A stretch of DNA of 64,000 bases, from positions 62,001 through 126,000 of the forward strand of contig DF236997.1 in the NCBI GenBank assembly GCA_000708835.1, written 5' to 3'. This DNA comes from Klebsormidium nitens (taxonomy: Eukaryota > Plantae > Klebsormidiophyceae). The notes under the pieces were generated by a model. The model was not told the origin of the DNA. It searched no databases and saw only the letters and a list, made by a program, of their open reading frames with translations. Of the stretch, positions 1-14,239 are shown piece after piece (within the stretch, counting starts at the first letter, position 1; the number at the start of each line of letters is the position of its first letter). The translations under genes and the position numbers were made by a program.

Positions 1-5
1 TGCAG

Positions 6-506
6 TCAACGCCCCAGCTAGTCGAGGCCCTGCCTTTTGAAGAAGACGTGGTCAAAATCAGCTGCGGCGCCCGCCACACAGTCGCCCTCACAGGTGAGCC
101 CACCACCCTTCCCGATACTGCACTCGAGTGTGTCAAGTGTAGGGCACTGCTAGCGTATCGACCGTCAGGTGCCGCTGTCTGTGCATACATCTGACTTTGA
201 GCTGCTCGTCGAACTACTCTGGCGCTTGCTTCGACAACTGCGCCAAGAGCGTCCAAACACTCGTTCGAGCCAGTGTGCCAAACCGAAAAATTCGATCAAG
301 AAATCCGATTTATTGTAGGTGGGGGCAAGGTGTTTAGTTGGGGATGGAACAAGTACGGCCAGCTTGGGCACCCCGCATGTCCGGCTCACCAGCTGCCAGA
401 AGAAGTTAGAGGCCTGGGCATTGTCCAGGACGTGGCATGCGGGTGGTGGCACACTCTGCTTCAATACAGCGGTTGCGAACCAGACGGTGCTACTGGGACT
501 AAGTAG
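6..506 (+). CDS. RCC1/BLIP-II repeat protein, last two exons (5' part outside window)
   Basis: Exon 6-93 (…VKISCGARHTVALT) splices GT-AG to exon 319-506 (GGGKVFSWGWNKYGQLG…VQDVACGWWHTLL*), giving typical RCC1 repeat motifs. Confidence 0.88.
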
Positions 507-1547
507 GATGTAATCGATCGCGCTTGAGGCGGGCTGGCGCGATGGAAACCCTCAAATCCCAAAGTCGGTTTACAGCTTTACGTTTGCAGGGTCGTTTGAG
601 GCACGTCGAACTAAGATGCTCAAATGATTTTGGACTAGCACCGTATCCTAGCACTGCAGCACATTCGTCCAATCTGAGGTCAATAGCTTCCTTGGGCATG
701 TGACGTTGTCAGCTTCGACATTCCTCGCTTCAGTTGTCGGCAAGGTCATAAGGACCCTATACTATCGAAGCGAGATGACATTGTCGTCGCTCCAAAGAAA
801 GTTCCGTTCGATGCAATTTATTATATAAGGTTACATGCAGTTGCTTGTTTCTTTCAAGTTTCTTGAGGGCGTCCCACGGGAGACGAATCACTCGTTGAAA
901 GGGTTGCATATTCGTGACCGTTCATAGCAAAAGATCTCATGTGACATGCGATCAGGCCGGATATGCCGGATTCGGAGCATGGACCATGTGCGTTTACGAT
1001 CAATTTATAATAATTTGATGGCGGGTTGAACTTTTGAAAGGCGGCCTAGGCCCCGGGCAGACGGCTACTAATGGAGAATTTGATATCCGGCCGGATAGAC
1101 AAGCCCGGGACTCATGCCCAAAGCAATAACATTTCAAAGAAAGCATCCACCCAGCTTCGGAAAACCCAGTATGGACATTTCTTACAGCGGCCAGCTGAAC
1201 AGCATGTCGTTCCCGAAAGGTGAACAAGGTTTACCCTTCGCATTCCAGTTAAACGCTTTGATCTTGTTCGACTCAGCCTGCGCTTGACGACGTAGCTTAG
1301 TCGCTGTACACTAGGGTCGACAGCGGAACCAATGGTTGAGAGATGAACGCTGTCGCTACTTTATGGGTGCACCCTACTGCAGTGCATGCACACACTCCGT
1401 GTTCCTTTTGCCCGTTGTGCCTGCCACCTAGGCGGTTTGAATTGAGAGTAGAAGCCGGTGCTATAGTATTTTGCGTGCATCCTATGTTATGAGTGATTGA
1501 GGTCCTCTTTCTCGCACGATTTTGAATTGAGCAACTGGTTTTGACCC

Positions 1548-3798
1548 TTACTTCAAAACACCGATGCGCGAGAGAGGTTTCCACCGCAGCCAACTGCGCC
1601 CAACCACACGATCCTCCGGAAGAAAACCCCAGACGTGCGAATCGGCGCTTCGATTTCGGTTGTCGCCCTGTAGATGGCAACAGACCTAAGCATTTATGTT
1701 TGCTGTTAACGAAGCTTTAAACTGCAGAAAGCCAGAGAGAGCAGCAGCATAATCTTCTGGCCACAAGCCATGTGGCTCGCAGATTGTAAACCCGGTTGTC
1801 CCTGGCCGAGGGAGCAGCCTTGGTCACTGCGAATGCTCACCAAGACAAAGAGAGTTCCATCAGGAACACGAAGCTGGGGAACACTGTACTTCGCCGAGCG
1901 GATCCCCCTCGCTTCTTCTGAACGGGGTCGTCCATTCACCAAGACAACTCCTCTTTCCACCTGCAATGCACCCGACGCGAATGTGTTACAACATACAGGG
2001 GCCGGTTGGCTCGACCAATGGGCGGCCGCCGTGAGAAGTGCATCGATTGGAGGGGCCTGTCTAACTTCGCTCTGCCTTGTTGTGGTGGCAACGAGGGTAC
2101 AGGGGCCGAGCACCAGTCCGCCAGAGACGAAGCTGCTTTTGGACGGAAGTCCAAACTCACCTGCACAGTGTCGCCCCCTACTGCTACCACTCGTTTTACA
2201 TACTGTGCGCCAGGCGCGTCGGTCATGGCCGAGTCAAGAGGGCTGCCCTCGTCCAGATCGCCTTCTTCTCGCATGGTAGCGGAGTTGAAGGAGGAGGGCG
2301 GCCGAAACACTACCTGGACCAACAAGAGGACAGTAAGGACTGCAAGCCCGCGGACAAGAGCAAGAACCAGCGAGCAAGCGCGACACAACAAGGGCGAGCA
2401 GCTGAGATGGTGACAATATTGGCGCTTGATTACCGGCTTCCCAGGGACAGATGGACTCACAATGTCACCTCGAGCTGGTCTCCGAAGGAACCGGTACGTG
2501 CCAATCTCGACAAAGACGCAGTCTCCTGGCTGCAGCAGAAGGGGCACAAGAGTTGAACACTTTACAGTTTTGAGTTGTAGGCACCGCAAGTTGGGGTCGA
2601 TCAAGTCCTAGAATCTTCCATGCTGAGAAGCACTTATGACTTTCAGCATCCGACAGTGTCATTGGAATTCCTTACAGCAAGAATTGCATCGACTGTTGAC
2701 AACAGACGATTCACAAGACAAAACTACAGGCGGCACACCACCTCCAACTTGGTGTGTCCTGACCAGCAGAGTAGGAACCATACTCCCAGAGGGTACGCAC
2801 GACGGGTTGAACACCAGGACCCGAAGCACTGCCGCAGTTCCCAAGGCCAGTGTTAAGGCAGCGGCGACCTTGCTGGCCCGCTCCTGTAGCACAACAGGGT
2901 ACAACAATCAGGGGACAGGAGGCCTGGACAGGAGGGCTGGTGAACGAGGAAGAGGAAAGACTGACATGCCAAGCAGAACCACTGACATGCCACCATAGTT
3001 GGAAAAGCAAGTCGAAGGACAGTGTATAATCTCCTGCCTATAGGGTTGAGTTGATCAAGGAGACTCACAAGTTGCTTCAGGGAGGACTCCAACCATTCTG
3101 GCGGTGAGTCTGGCACCCACTGTGGTACCCATTGGGGCCGCTCATTGGAATCCAACTCTTCTCTTGTCAATGACGTCCAGGGCAGGTTGCCTTTCTTCAT
3201 CTCAGGACTGGAAAAGAGTCTTTTGCCCAGCCACCAGCCCCTACTTTTCTTGTCTCGCTGTGCTGAACAGGTTACCCGGGCTCTTAAACTGCAAAGGTGC
3301 AACTCCAACAATCAGCATCGGTTTCAGAGGATCTCCACTAGTGCCTGCAATACCCTTGGGGCTATCTGCCATGGGGATGAGTTGCGAGCTTTTCAGATTG
3401 AAGAGCAACCATGCGAGGTCGTGTTTGCTTCTGACTGCCTATCACCTTACATAGACTCAACAGGCCGTCCGCAGCATGTCACTGAGTGTCAAAACTTAGG
3501 CATGCTGACCAGGGTTGAAATACATGCAGGCACCAGGGAATCAAGGGCCGCACCTGGCCGCATGGCAATGATGCCTCAAGGCACCCCGCTCGACCATTTT
3601 TCTGCAGCATACGTGCTGCTCATGACTCAGGTAAGCAGCAGAATGCCGAAGTCCAATATGCCCAGACAAGCTAGATCCGGCTGCAAGACCTGGTTGGAAG
3701 CAGCTGCTGAGCCCAGCTGCTGGCGACAGCCCTGCATTTGCCACTACTACTGGTTCTGTTGCAGGGAGCAAGAAGCAGCCCAAGCCTGTGGCAGCCAT
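1548..3798 (-). CDS. Plastid type I signal peptidase / thylakoidal processing peptidase (peptidase S26)
   Basis: Spliced exons give a transit-like N-terminus (MAATGLG…), a TM segment, catalytic Ser box VPSGSMVPTL, GDCVFV, RGDIV, Lys box YVKRVVAVGGDTV, VPDGTLFVL|GDNRNRSADSHVWG; stop at 1548. Confidence 0.9.
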
Positions 3799-4383
3799 GC
3801 TGATCGACACTGATGACACCAAGGTTGGAGAAAGCTTCACCACTGCACTTGGGGATTGTCTTTCATAATATGAATCATATACAGATGCGCTTTCCAAGCT
3901 GGTTGATGACAAAAGTTTGAAGCAGGAGCAAGAGCTCTGAAGCTGCAAATGCAGTGACCAGATGCCAGTAGTTCTTTAGAAATCCACCTACCAGTGTACT
4001 GTGTGGCTCAAAAGTCGGTGGAGAGCCAGAGCTTATCTGACATCGAAAAGTGGATAAGGTACACCGTCGCCTGACGCTTCTCGTCACGGCGCCGTTTTCC
4101 ACGCCATAAATTAACAAAATACCGTTTTCCTTGCAGTAGAAGACGGCGCTTCAAACACAGTTACATATAAGTGCTCGGAGTGGAAAAGAATATTCCGTTC
4201 AATAGGACAAGGTATTATAATTTATACCAGATTTACAGTAGAGGGAGGTTTCCCACATAACTTTAAGAAGGTGTGGATGCTGACGATCAAGACGACGTGC
4301 ATCACTGATGCATCACTGATCGTCATCAGAGTCGGACGTCCAGTTACTTCAAGGTGCTTAATCTCCTCTCAATCTAGACAGCC

Positions 4384-7300
4384 ATGGCGCCTCCACGAGG
4401 GCGCTTCGCGACTGCTGCAGAGTGTCTTTGCATCATCCTCGTTGTGCAAGCGGGCTTGGCTGCAGCTAAGAAGCGTCCATCATCTCCTGCAACCATCGAA
4501 TATTTGGCGCCAGCAGATACCTCGGTGCACGAAAGAGGGCTTGTGTCAGAGAGGGTTACGTACCGCTCGATCCTTACAGAGCACTCACGGCATTGGAGCA
4601 ACACAAGTGCGAAACACTTCACCCGCGCTGTGCTTGGTTATGTCACACCTTGGTAAGCGATCAGACCTTTGGTCTCCAATGGTGATTTTCTATCTCTTCC
4701 ATCCTTGACTTGCTTGTAGATCTAGTGTCCTGCTTAGGCTATAAAAACTCCGAACACAGTTGCACGAGAACCATCTGATGCAGCCCTCTTGCAATGCAGG
4801 AACTCAAAAGGGTATGACATTGCCACCAAGTTCGCCAGCAAGTTCACCCACATTAGTCCTTGTTGGTACCAAGTCAAAATCGGGTGAGCAAATGCAGTCC
4901 AGGTTTCGATGTTGTTCTGCTGATCTTGCAAAAATCGTGAGTACTTTCCACCCCGGGATGCCGCCGGCAGTGCACTTTGCAGCTGCCCAACCAATCCTCT
5001 GGCTTCCAGGCGTTGTAAGTTGATTGTTTGGCAGCTCAGGGGGTGTGTCTGCTGCTCTGTCCCTCAGGGCCGATGGGTCCACAACTCTACAGGGGGGTCA
5101 CGATGTGGACCAGGGCTGGATCAAAGATGTCCGCAGCAACGGACAGCCCAGCCCCCGGGTGAGCGCCAGTCTTTGACCTCACCAAGACCCGAGCTAAGAG
5201 CTGCCCCTCGCGGACTGAAAGCTATCACCTTTTGCCGTATGCCTGCCAAGGAGTAATATCACTGCAGTCCCAGCGCTTCGAACCACTGATAGTCACCCAT
5301 CTTTGCCTGGTTGCAGATTGTGCCCCGTCTCATCCTGGAGGGCTCTGAAGGAGCCATGGAGGGATATGAAGGAGCAGCGATGCTGGAATTCAAAAACATG
5401 AAGAAAGCAATTGACCTGATTGTCAAAGAGTGCATGTGAGCTTTGTTTTGCTGTTTTGACACACAGGTCCTCACTTGAAAAGGCTGGAAATGTAGGTCCA
5501 GCAACTTTTAGTCTGATGCTTTGCCACCTACCAATGGGGATTTCTCCACGTAACATTATCCATATCGGCAGGTCATCTGACCTAGTATTCACTGTGGCAA
5601 ATCAAGCATCAGATGGCTCCTGAAGTACAAGCTGACAGGGCCAGGTAGGAGGACGGAGTCGTTTCTGTCAGTCAAGTCCGCTTCGGCTCTGAAAGGCCCC
5701 TCCAAATACTCTATGTAAGTCCATTCGATGGATGGTCAGCTTCTAATCGAGCGCCACCGAAAAAATGGCCAAAAAGGTGCGTCAAGCCTAGTTGCCTCGA
5801 GCTCACCGCAACGCTTTCCTCTTCACCTGAACAGAAATCAGAACTTCGATGGTGTCACCCTGGAGGCGTGGATGGGCTGGTCAGTAGCTGGCGTACTCTC
5901 GGATGCGGAGCTGCGGAAAAAAGTAAGCCGTACTCACGATAGCCCACATCCTCGTTACGTAGGCCCTGCGCAGTCGCAGAGTCTGTCTTCTGAAGAGCGT
6001 AGTCGGTGAGATCTGTATTGATGGGCTGGATCCTGGCGGGCCCAAGTCACTCTTAGGGCTGCTGTGTTGCAGGCGCTCATGTTTGCGGGGGCCCTGGGCG
6101 ACACCCTGGCCAAGATCAAGACGAAGGAGGGCAAGCTCATGCAGCTGGTCTTTGTCATCCCGGTAAGGGGCCCGACCGTCACCTGTAGTGCTTCTGATGC
6201 AGCTTTAGAGCATTGACAAGGTCGTGGTGCAGCACGGTCCGACGTTTTCCTATTTGGGCGGCTTCAAACTCAAATTCCAACGTGCTCTCCCGATTTCAAT
6301 GTCGCATCAAGGAAATCGCATCATTCTTCTTTGACCATCACGAGATGTCTTTCATACCGTTGCACCAGCTTGATCTCAGCAACGTACAAAAGCCTCTCTT
6401 TTGACATTCAAGATGGTGGGATCGGCAAAGACAACGGTGTAGCTGCGGAGCAATCTTCACGAGCCTGGAAGCTATGTAGAGGCTTGACACCTTCCTTCGA
6501 GGGTGTCCGTGTGCATGCTTCAAGCTCACCTGTGCTTCCCATCTTTCTGTTTTCTTTCAGCCACCTCCGGTCTTGGACATGCCCACCAAGTTCGGGGCTG
6601 CCGACCTGGCGTTGCTGGCCCCCCACGTGCATTTCTTCTCCCTCATGACCTACGACTTCAGCAACCCGGCCAGGTGAGGTCTTCCTTACCAGCGACTTCG
6701 AGCTGCCTCGAGCATGTTGCTCATCTTCGCATCGCTGGCTGCCAGAGTCCCCAATCCGAAGCTGCACAAAGGCTCAAACATCTGTTCGCTACTGGTTGCC
6801 GCGCTGCTGGTGCCGAGATGACCCGCTGCGACCCTGGTTGCAGGCCTGGCCCCAACGCGCCCCTTCCCTGGGTGTCGCTGTGCCTCAACATCCTCATCGA
6901 CTCGCCCCCGGAGCTCCAGCAAATGGCAAAAGTACGGCCCTCTCTTTGTGCGGCCGTCAGCTTCTCATGAGTCTGCACGCTCCTCTGCATTATCGCACGC
7001 CTTTCCCGTTGCCCCTGCCCACCAGCCTCGCACGAGTACTTGACTCCGCTTCAACTCTTGCGCTGCCCGTTGAATGCAATTCGAACGTTTCAAAAGCGTT
7101 TCACGTTAAAGCTGCTGCGGGTGGCTGCAGAAGCTGCGCAAGGAGGTGCCGCCGCAGCGGCCGTCGCATGAGCGGGAGCTCAAGAGCGTGCTCACCGGGA
7201 ACGAGACCAACCGGGACATCGCGGACCAGGTGCTGGCGGGCATCAACTTCTTCGGCAACGACTTCCAGCTGCCCAGAGGTACGGCCCGCACCCGCGCCGC

Positions 7301-8267
7301 TCTCGAGCTTCACGCCGTCATACTAGCTCTTTGGCGGACCTTTCAGTACGGAATTCCAAACGGGCCGCAATTCTGGCATCTAGACCGCACCTACGACAAA
7401 GTTTGTAAGTCCGCAAAGGCGAAAAATCATGTTGTGGGCAGACCGTCTCTGCACACCAAGTTTTTCTCTACCAGTTCGTTGTCATGCACTGGAGCCTGCA
7501 GCTTGACCCAGCTTCCTTGCATCCAGGTGGCGGTCCGGTTGTAGGGCACGAATACCTGCACGTGTTGGCCGAGCAGCGACCCAAGGTACGACTGCACCCC
7601 TGCGTCAACCCAGATAGCAGTTAATCGAATCTGCGGCATCGAGCACCGATTTGTTGGTCTTAATAACGATGAGCAAAGGTCCGTTCCAGCTTGTCCGTCC
7701 TAATCGTTCTTGTCTCTGCACCCGGTCTGATTGGTATCAATGTTCAAAACCTGGATGCTTCGAACATTTCCTGACTTCTACGCCACTCGACATACAGCTT
7801 ATATGGGACGCAGAGAGTGAAGAGCATTACTTCGAGTATACAAAAGGAAGCTCCAGGCATAAAGTGTACTACCCGACCTTGAAGGTAAGAACACTTGCCC
7901 GTTCGATACTGTGCGCTTTTCTGCTTGAAGCGGATTGAACGAGCGTTCTTTTCAATGAAAGACCTTGCAGATCGAAGCGGACGGCGGGCTTCCAAAGTTG
8001 CCAGGTTGTTCGCCCCGTCTGGCAGGTCTTGTGTCTTTTTCTGCCCTGTTTGAATTACTTCGACAAAGAGGTGAAGACACATCTCTTTTCTCTGCTGAGA
8101 AATGTGTTTTTGTTGTATTTGCATCCCTATGTCTTTGCACTGAGAGGTTCAATCCATTGTCCTTGCAGTCTATAGAAAGCAGATTGAGCGAGATCAAGAG
8201 ATGGGGTGCGGGCGTTTCCATTTGGGAGTTAGGTCAAGGATTGGACTACTTCTACGATCTATTGTAA
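4384..8267 (+). CDS. CHID1: Chitinase domain-containing protein 1 (GH18-like, probably non-catalytic), signal peptide
   Basis: Hydrophobic N-terminus; VLGYVTPW|[69 protein letters not shown]…VYYPTLK and terminal [18 protein letters not shown] match CHID1. Confidence 0.93.
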
Positions 8268-8375
8268 GCCTTGTTGTATTGAATCCAGCCCAATGGCCTT
8301 CTGTGCTTCTGTTGCACTTCAAACCGGGCACTTCAACTTTTCCTTTATCGCTTCGTAGTGTACTGAGCGCAAATA

Positions 8376-8744
8376 TCAAAATCTTGCACCCCCTTGATGG
8401 CGTGTTGTCTGGGTTCTCCAAATCATGGCTTTACACTTGCTCACGTCAGATCGAACCTTCCAAAACTTGCACCCAAAGCGGTCCTTAAGTCTCTGTAAAA
8501 GTTGCTCGCGGTGTTCGAAGACACGATAGCTAAAAGAGCACGTTCTAAGGTGCATCATGTTCCGTAAATCAGAAGTTTGACGTCGTATGTCCAAAGTTAG
8601 GTCGCATTTCCGCCTCATGAGTGCGATCTCGTAAAAGTATGGCTCTCTTACGTGAGCGCGGGTACCGTGCATTTTTGTGTTCTTTAAACCAGCATTGGTG
8701 GAAAACATATAAACGTGTTGGCCGGATATGTCAAATTTCACCAT
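8376..8744 (-). CDS. Hypothetical 122-aa ORF, family not recognised
   Basis: ATG-started ORF convergent with CHID1 and divergent from HGO, matching the local gene layout; no motif recognised. Confidence 0.25.
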   Translation of the reverse strand: MVKFDISGQHVYMFSTNAGLKNTKMHGTRAHVREPYFYEIALMRRKCDLTLDIRRQTSDLRNMMHLRTCSFSYRVFEHREQLLQRLKDRFGCKFWKVRSDVSKCKAMIWRTQTTRHQGGARF

Positions 8745-9677
8745 GATCGATCAAAGAAATCTTAAGATCGACGTGACATGCATCCGCTTTGATAGAGATC
8801 TACCAAGCTATATCTAATATGCTATTTCCGTGCCCATTTCGCACTTGTGCTTTTCCTTTAACTTATAGGTACCTATGTACGTCGATCAGTAAAGCTAGTC
8901 TACAGCATATCATTCTAGCAAGCGGTGAAAGCGGTAAAAACCGGGCTCCATCTAGCTGGCTGCAGTCCTGCGGGGAAAATACATGACTAAACAGTGGATG
9001 GTTCTACATCATGGTCAGACATTTTGGAAATTGTCTTCCATCATCCGACATGTGCTTGTCTGCTTGCAAGGGCCGTTCCAAGGATCATTGGATACCAGCT
9101 GGAATTCTGTGCAAGCAATGGCCGGCCGGTATGAACGTCGGTGCAATTTGACATCCACGTCAGCATTAAGACTGCCGTAGCAGGTTTTGGCGGGGACGCG
9201 TATGGGCTTTGAGTCATAATGAAATTTTGGTCAGCATTTAACCAATCTCGGCAAGGATCAAGGACGTCAGGCGTACCCGGCTACCGTTCTCCAAAACCGT
9301 ACCAAAATCAAAGCTTTGATACAGCATGCATTCGACACAGCCAGCTATGTACCTAGTCCCGTTTCTGTCAACCGGGTTGTAGCGCGCGAGCTTTGACATT
9401 ATCGTCACATCAAAATTCGGCCTTTCTCTTGGTCAAAAGCGACCATAGCTTATGCAAACGTCTCATGTCACATGTGTCATGCACCTGCGCTTGCGCCAGC
9501 TCAGCGCTCAGCTGGCCAGCTTCGGTTGCAGAACCAGCTCATGCAGTGAAGCGAGCTAGGACTCGGTCTCTGGAGAACTTAGGGCGCCTCCTCAGAAGTG
9601 TCCACTACGGTGTGAAGCTAGTGGCAGCAACCACTTGGGTGCTGGTGCCATCTTTCCTTCTTTGAGGCAACAATACA

Positions 9678-12600
9678 ATGGCGCCCTTCGAGGATGACGC
9701 AAGAAAAAATCTTCTAGGTGCAGAAGCGGACATTCCAGCTGGTTTTGACAATCTGGAGTATCAAAGTGGCTTTAGCAACCACTTCGAGTCGGAGGCACTG
9801 CCAGGGGCCTTGCCTAAAGTGCGGAACAACCCAAAAGTCTGTCCGTATGGATTGTACGCAGAACAGTTGACGGGTACCGCGTTCACCGTCCCCCGTTCAC
9901 ACAACCAGCGAAGGCAAGCAGTTTTTGATCTTGAGTGCTCAATTGTGCTTCAATTGCTGCTCCCCTTAACAAAGGAATTCTGATCCCTTCAGCTGACTTT
10001 CAACAGTTGACTTATCCTGGAGTCACTTTTCAGCACCGGGTTACCTTTGGATTATGATGCTTTGTCCAGCTCCCCTCCTTTTGCTTACCCCCTCCTTGGA
10101 AGCTTCTTTCTGCTGCCACAACCATATTGAAGTCTCTGCTCATCTTGCAGTTGGCTGTATCGGATCAAACCCTCCGTCACACATGAGCCTTTCACACCTC
10201 TGGAGGTTCCGAATACTTCCCTGACAAGCGACTTCTCGGAGAAGAATGCAACCATCACGCCCAATCAACTCCGGTGGATGCCGCCCGATATTCCTGCAGA
10301 ACCAACCGACTTTGTTGAGGTGACTCTCTTCAGCAACCATAATTGAGGAAAAGAAATGCATGTAGTCGTTCATCAAAGTCAAGAAAAGCAGACCGAGATT
10401 TCTTACCACCCCTTCGAGCTTTGAAGCAGTATCCTTGCACTCTCCTCTTGAGTCCTTTTGCTTTCAAGTCACTCCAAGTGTATCTTGTTGCCCTGCTTTC
10501 GTAACTGATCTCGTCGTATTGCTGACGGTCCCAAGTTTGTCAAAGAAGATATGGGGTTGGATGTAGCATTTCAAGTTGGAGGGTGCGGAGTTGGAAGGGC
10601 CGGGTTCGGTTGTAATAGACACTGAGGGGCCCTTATATTTGCAGGGCCTGTTCACCATGTGCGGTGCAGGCAGTCCAGAATCACGAACGGGCTATGCCGT
10701 GCACATGTTCGTAGCCAACACATCCATGGACGGGAAGGCCTTCGCCAATGCTGATGGAGACTTTCTGATTGTTCCTCAGCAAGGACGTAAGTATCCCTGA
10801 TGAGTAGCTGTCGACAGTCATTCATCACTTCACCGGTCCAGTTTTGACTGTCAATTGTTGGTCGGAAGAGATTGTATGATACCCGGGACCTGAGTCGGCA
10901 TTCGCTTGATATTGAGGATGTAAGGTACTGCATAACGAATCTTCGGGTGCTGACTGATCCATCATTGCAGGATTACACGTCAGCACCGAGTTTGGTCTTC
11001 TTCAAGTTGCCCCAGGCGAGATTGTCGTGATCCAGCATGGCATGCGCTTCTCTGTCGGGCTGCCTGATGGCCCGTCCAGGGGCTACGTGTGCGAGGTCTT
11101 TGGGGATCACTTCAGGCTACCAGATCTGGGACCCATTGGTGAGTGGCCTCATCTTCTCGGCTTATGGTATCAGCAGCTGCCCTCGACCTACTCCGTTTTG
11201 GAAAGTTGTCAATGCCTTGTACCCTCCGAAACCGTAGCCCCTTGTGGAAGTAGACTGGACGAGGTTCGACCTTCTTCTGCCTGAAGCTCGTTCTGCAGCA
11301 AGGCAAGCGGCCGACCCGACCAAGTCAAGACTCCTTACGATACAATGTGAGCCGTTTGAAATGACATGAGAGCTTGGGTCGAAAAGTAAGTCAGGGTCTT
11401 GGTTTTCAGAATACGTGAAAGCTGTTCAAGGCAGATATAATGGCCGCATGATAGGAAAGTCAACACCATCCCTGGGCCACGTTTGCAGGCGCCAATGGGC
11501 TGGCCAACCCCCGGGACTTCCAGACTCCCGTGGCCTGGTTCGATGACTCGGAGCACGCGGGCTATGTGGTGGTGCACAAGTTCGAGGGGCTGCTCTTTCA
11601 AGCCAAGCAGGACTTCTCGCCCTTCAACGTCGTCGCCTGGCATGGCAACTACGCGCCCTACAAGGTGAGGATGCGGGTGGAACGTTCCTCTTTTGCGAGA
11701 TCCAAGGCTCGTGCCTCTTCCACAGATGGTGGGACGCAGTATGCAGCTTGCAGGGTACCGTGGTTACCTTCTCCGTGTGTGTGCTCCAGATGGTTTGATC
11801 ACACTCGTTCCGTGTTGCAGTACAACCTGGCGAAGTTCTGCCCCGTCAATGCGGTCGCCTTTGACCACATGGATCCCTCCATCTTCACAGGTACGTTAGT
11901 GTCCATAAGCGCTGCCTTGGCTGCGCTTCAACGGCCACTCAATATTCCCTGGTGAAGCACAAGTTTCTCTTTTAACGGTATGCAAATCCAGCGAGTCGGC
12001 AATGTTCAACATCGCATCACTCGACCGGTAGAATCGGATCTGGCCGCCTTGGCTTCTTTTGGTGCTGGTCCAAGTTTGTTCGTTTCCTCGTCGCAGTGCT
12101 GACCTGTCCGACCACCAAGCCTGGCACAGCGGCTGTCGACTTTGTGGTCTTCCCCCCCCGCTGGTCGGTGGCTGAGAACACGTTCCGTCCTCCGTACTTC
12201 CATCGAAACTGCATGAACGAGTTCATGGGGCTGGTCCGGGGCCGGTATGAGGTACGCACACGGACCGTCTGCATGTGCAAGTTCTAGTGCATAGCGCGGC
12301 AGGTAGGCTTTCTTTTCAAAGGTCACGTAATCGACGCGGTATGCTTTTGAAGACGGTGTTCTATCCGTTTCAATGACCGTGTCTGGAATTCGCTTGTCTT
12401 GATTGGTCCAAGGGACTACTTGATGCACGTCCATGATTGCCGATAGCCACGGGTCGTTTCCACGTTGAGCGCAGACACCTGACACCAATGTTGCCGACCC
12501 TCTCGGTGCAGGCCAAAGCTGCTGGCTTCGTTCCTGGCGGGGGAAGTCTCCACGTTTGCATGACACCTCACGGCCCAGATACGTCCACGTACGAGGTGAG

Positions 12601-12939
12601 CAACTGTTTACGATCGCCTTTTGGTTCGTCGCCTGCTTAGACGCCTATTGAGCAGCTTGTAGACTTAGGCAAGGTAATTTCGAATGTCTCTTCCAAGGAC
12701 TGACAATCTCGCGTCGGCTTTGTCTTGTGCAGAAGGCGGTGGCTGACGAAGGGCCAAATCAGCCGGAAAAGCTGCCAGACGATACTCTTGCCTTCATGTT
12801 CGAGTCGTCGTTCACGCCCCGCATTACTTGGACCGCTCTCAAATCGCCAAAGCTCGATCACGACTATTACAAGTGTTGGCTTGGGTTACGGAGTCACTTT
12901 GATCGAAGCAAGCCGGAGGGCTCAAAGTGGTATCAATGA
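9678..12939 (+). CDS. HGO: Homogentisate 1,2-dioxygenase
   Basis: [100 protein letters not shown]…[33 protein letters not shown] (Fe ligands), LAFMFES. Confidence 0.97.
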
Positions 12940-13004
12940 TTGAGTCGAATATTGTGCGACTGTGATCTTGTGCGGATAGGGCTGAGTCGGTTGCCGGACA
13001 GCGT

Positions 13005-13032
13005 TGTAAATATATAGACGTAACAGCTGTAA
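13005..13032 (+). terminator. Two TGTAA motifs, candidate algal-type polyadenylation signals after HGO
   Basis: TGTAA at 13005 and 13028, ~70-90 nt after the stop. UGUAA is the known chlorophyte poly(A) signal; its use here is inferred. Confidence 0.3.
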
Positions 13033-14171
13033 ATAGCAGGCTTCGCTATGAAGCGACCCTTCAACCAAGCTTAGTTCGTTGTGTAGGAGGTGCGGGGGCA
13101 GGCACGGACCTTATGGAGCCAGCGTGCCTCTGTCGAGTTGGCTTGTGAGGAGAGGAGCGCCTCAACCGTACGAATGTTTGATTTGTTATCTAGCTTCCAA
13201 ACAAAGGATTGTTCCCGTACATACCAAGCCTGGAACCTTGGAAGCGTGTCACGTTGGGATAAAACGTGCTCAGCTTATATACTTTGAACTCGCAAGGTCC
13301 GAGTGATTCCCATCTGATTGGTTGCATGCCGGTTGCTCAGCCCAATGCTTAAAGATATGTCCACGCCGTGCACAACCTGTACCCCTCTTCACCCTTTCTT
13401 CCTTCCAAAAGCTCCAGCTTAAAGCTTCCTGCCAGCATCATTGTGGAAAGTTTTCCTTTCGATCAGCTTGCTGGAAGTAATAGTTGAGCCAACGTCAACT
13501 GGCTTCGTGACGCGGTCCTGCATGGAGGAACCATGGTGCCCGGCCAACAGTCATGAGCATTAGGCATTGAGCATGATGATATGAATCAAGTCATGTTTCT
13601 CGCTTGAGAAGGATTAAAGGCATGCATGTGTTTGTGATATGTGGGGGGGTCCGTCCTACATGTGCACGCGACGTACGTGACGGGTAGACCTGCGGTCACC
13701 TAACGCCCAGGCGTAAAATCATGTCGAATGCATCAGGTTTCATCAACAGCTGTTCGATCAACATTTATACCGGCGGGCCCTCGATCATTTAACCACCCAC
13801 ATGCTCTTGAGGCATCATACCGCGAATCGTATAGGTATATGAAAGAGGATTTGCAAAATGAGTCCGGCCTGCATATGCATCACGAGGATTGCTTCAAGCG
13901 ATGGCTGCCAGCCTTGACTCCCGTAGTAGTCAGTGCTGCATTTTGTCTTCGATCGACAAGGAATGCTGCTAGGCGCGTAAGATCTTGGCACAGAGTACGA
14001 TATGATGCCCCAACATTTTTGGTCAATCAACATTTTCACACTGTGTCCGAAGTCGGTTGGCAACACAAGACGAATGGCAGAGCCTCTTGCAGACTAACTA
14101 GTATTGTCTGTTAGTGTACCCTGCAATGCACGGCCGCCCGGCAAAACAAACAACATTCTGGAGTTCGCGGA

Positions 14172-14239
14172 TTCGATTTCTTAGAGTCTACGACTGCGTA
14201 ATTCCCTCGGTTCGATTTATCAGAGTCTATGACTGCGTA
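14172..14239. repeat. Two-copy 29-bp direct repeat, 39-bp period
   Basis: ttcgatttcttagagtctacgactgcgta (14172-14200) vs ttcgatttatcagagtctatgactgcgta (14211-14239), 3 mismatches. Confidence 0.85.

Noticed and set aside
3145-3813. 222-aa plus-strand ORF
   Set aside because: Antisense to the signal peptidase gene; no motifs
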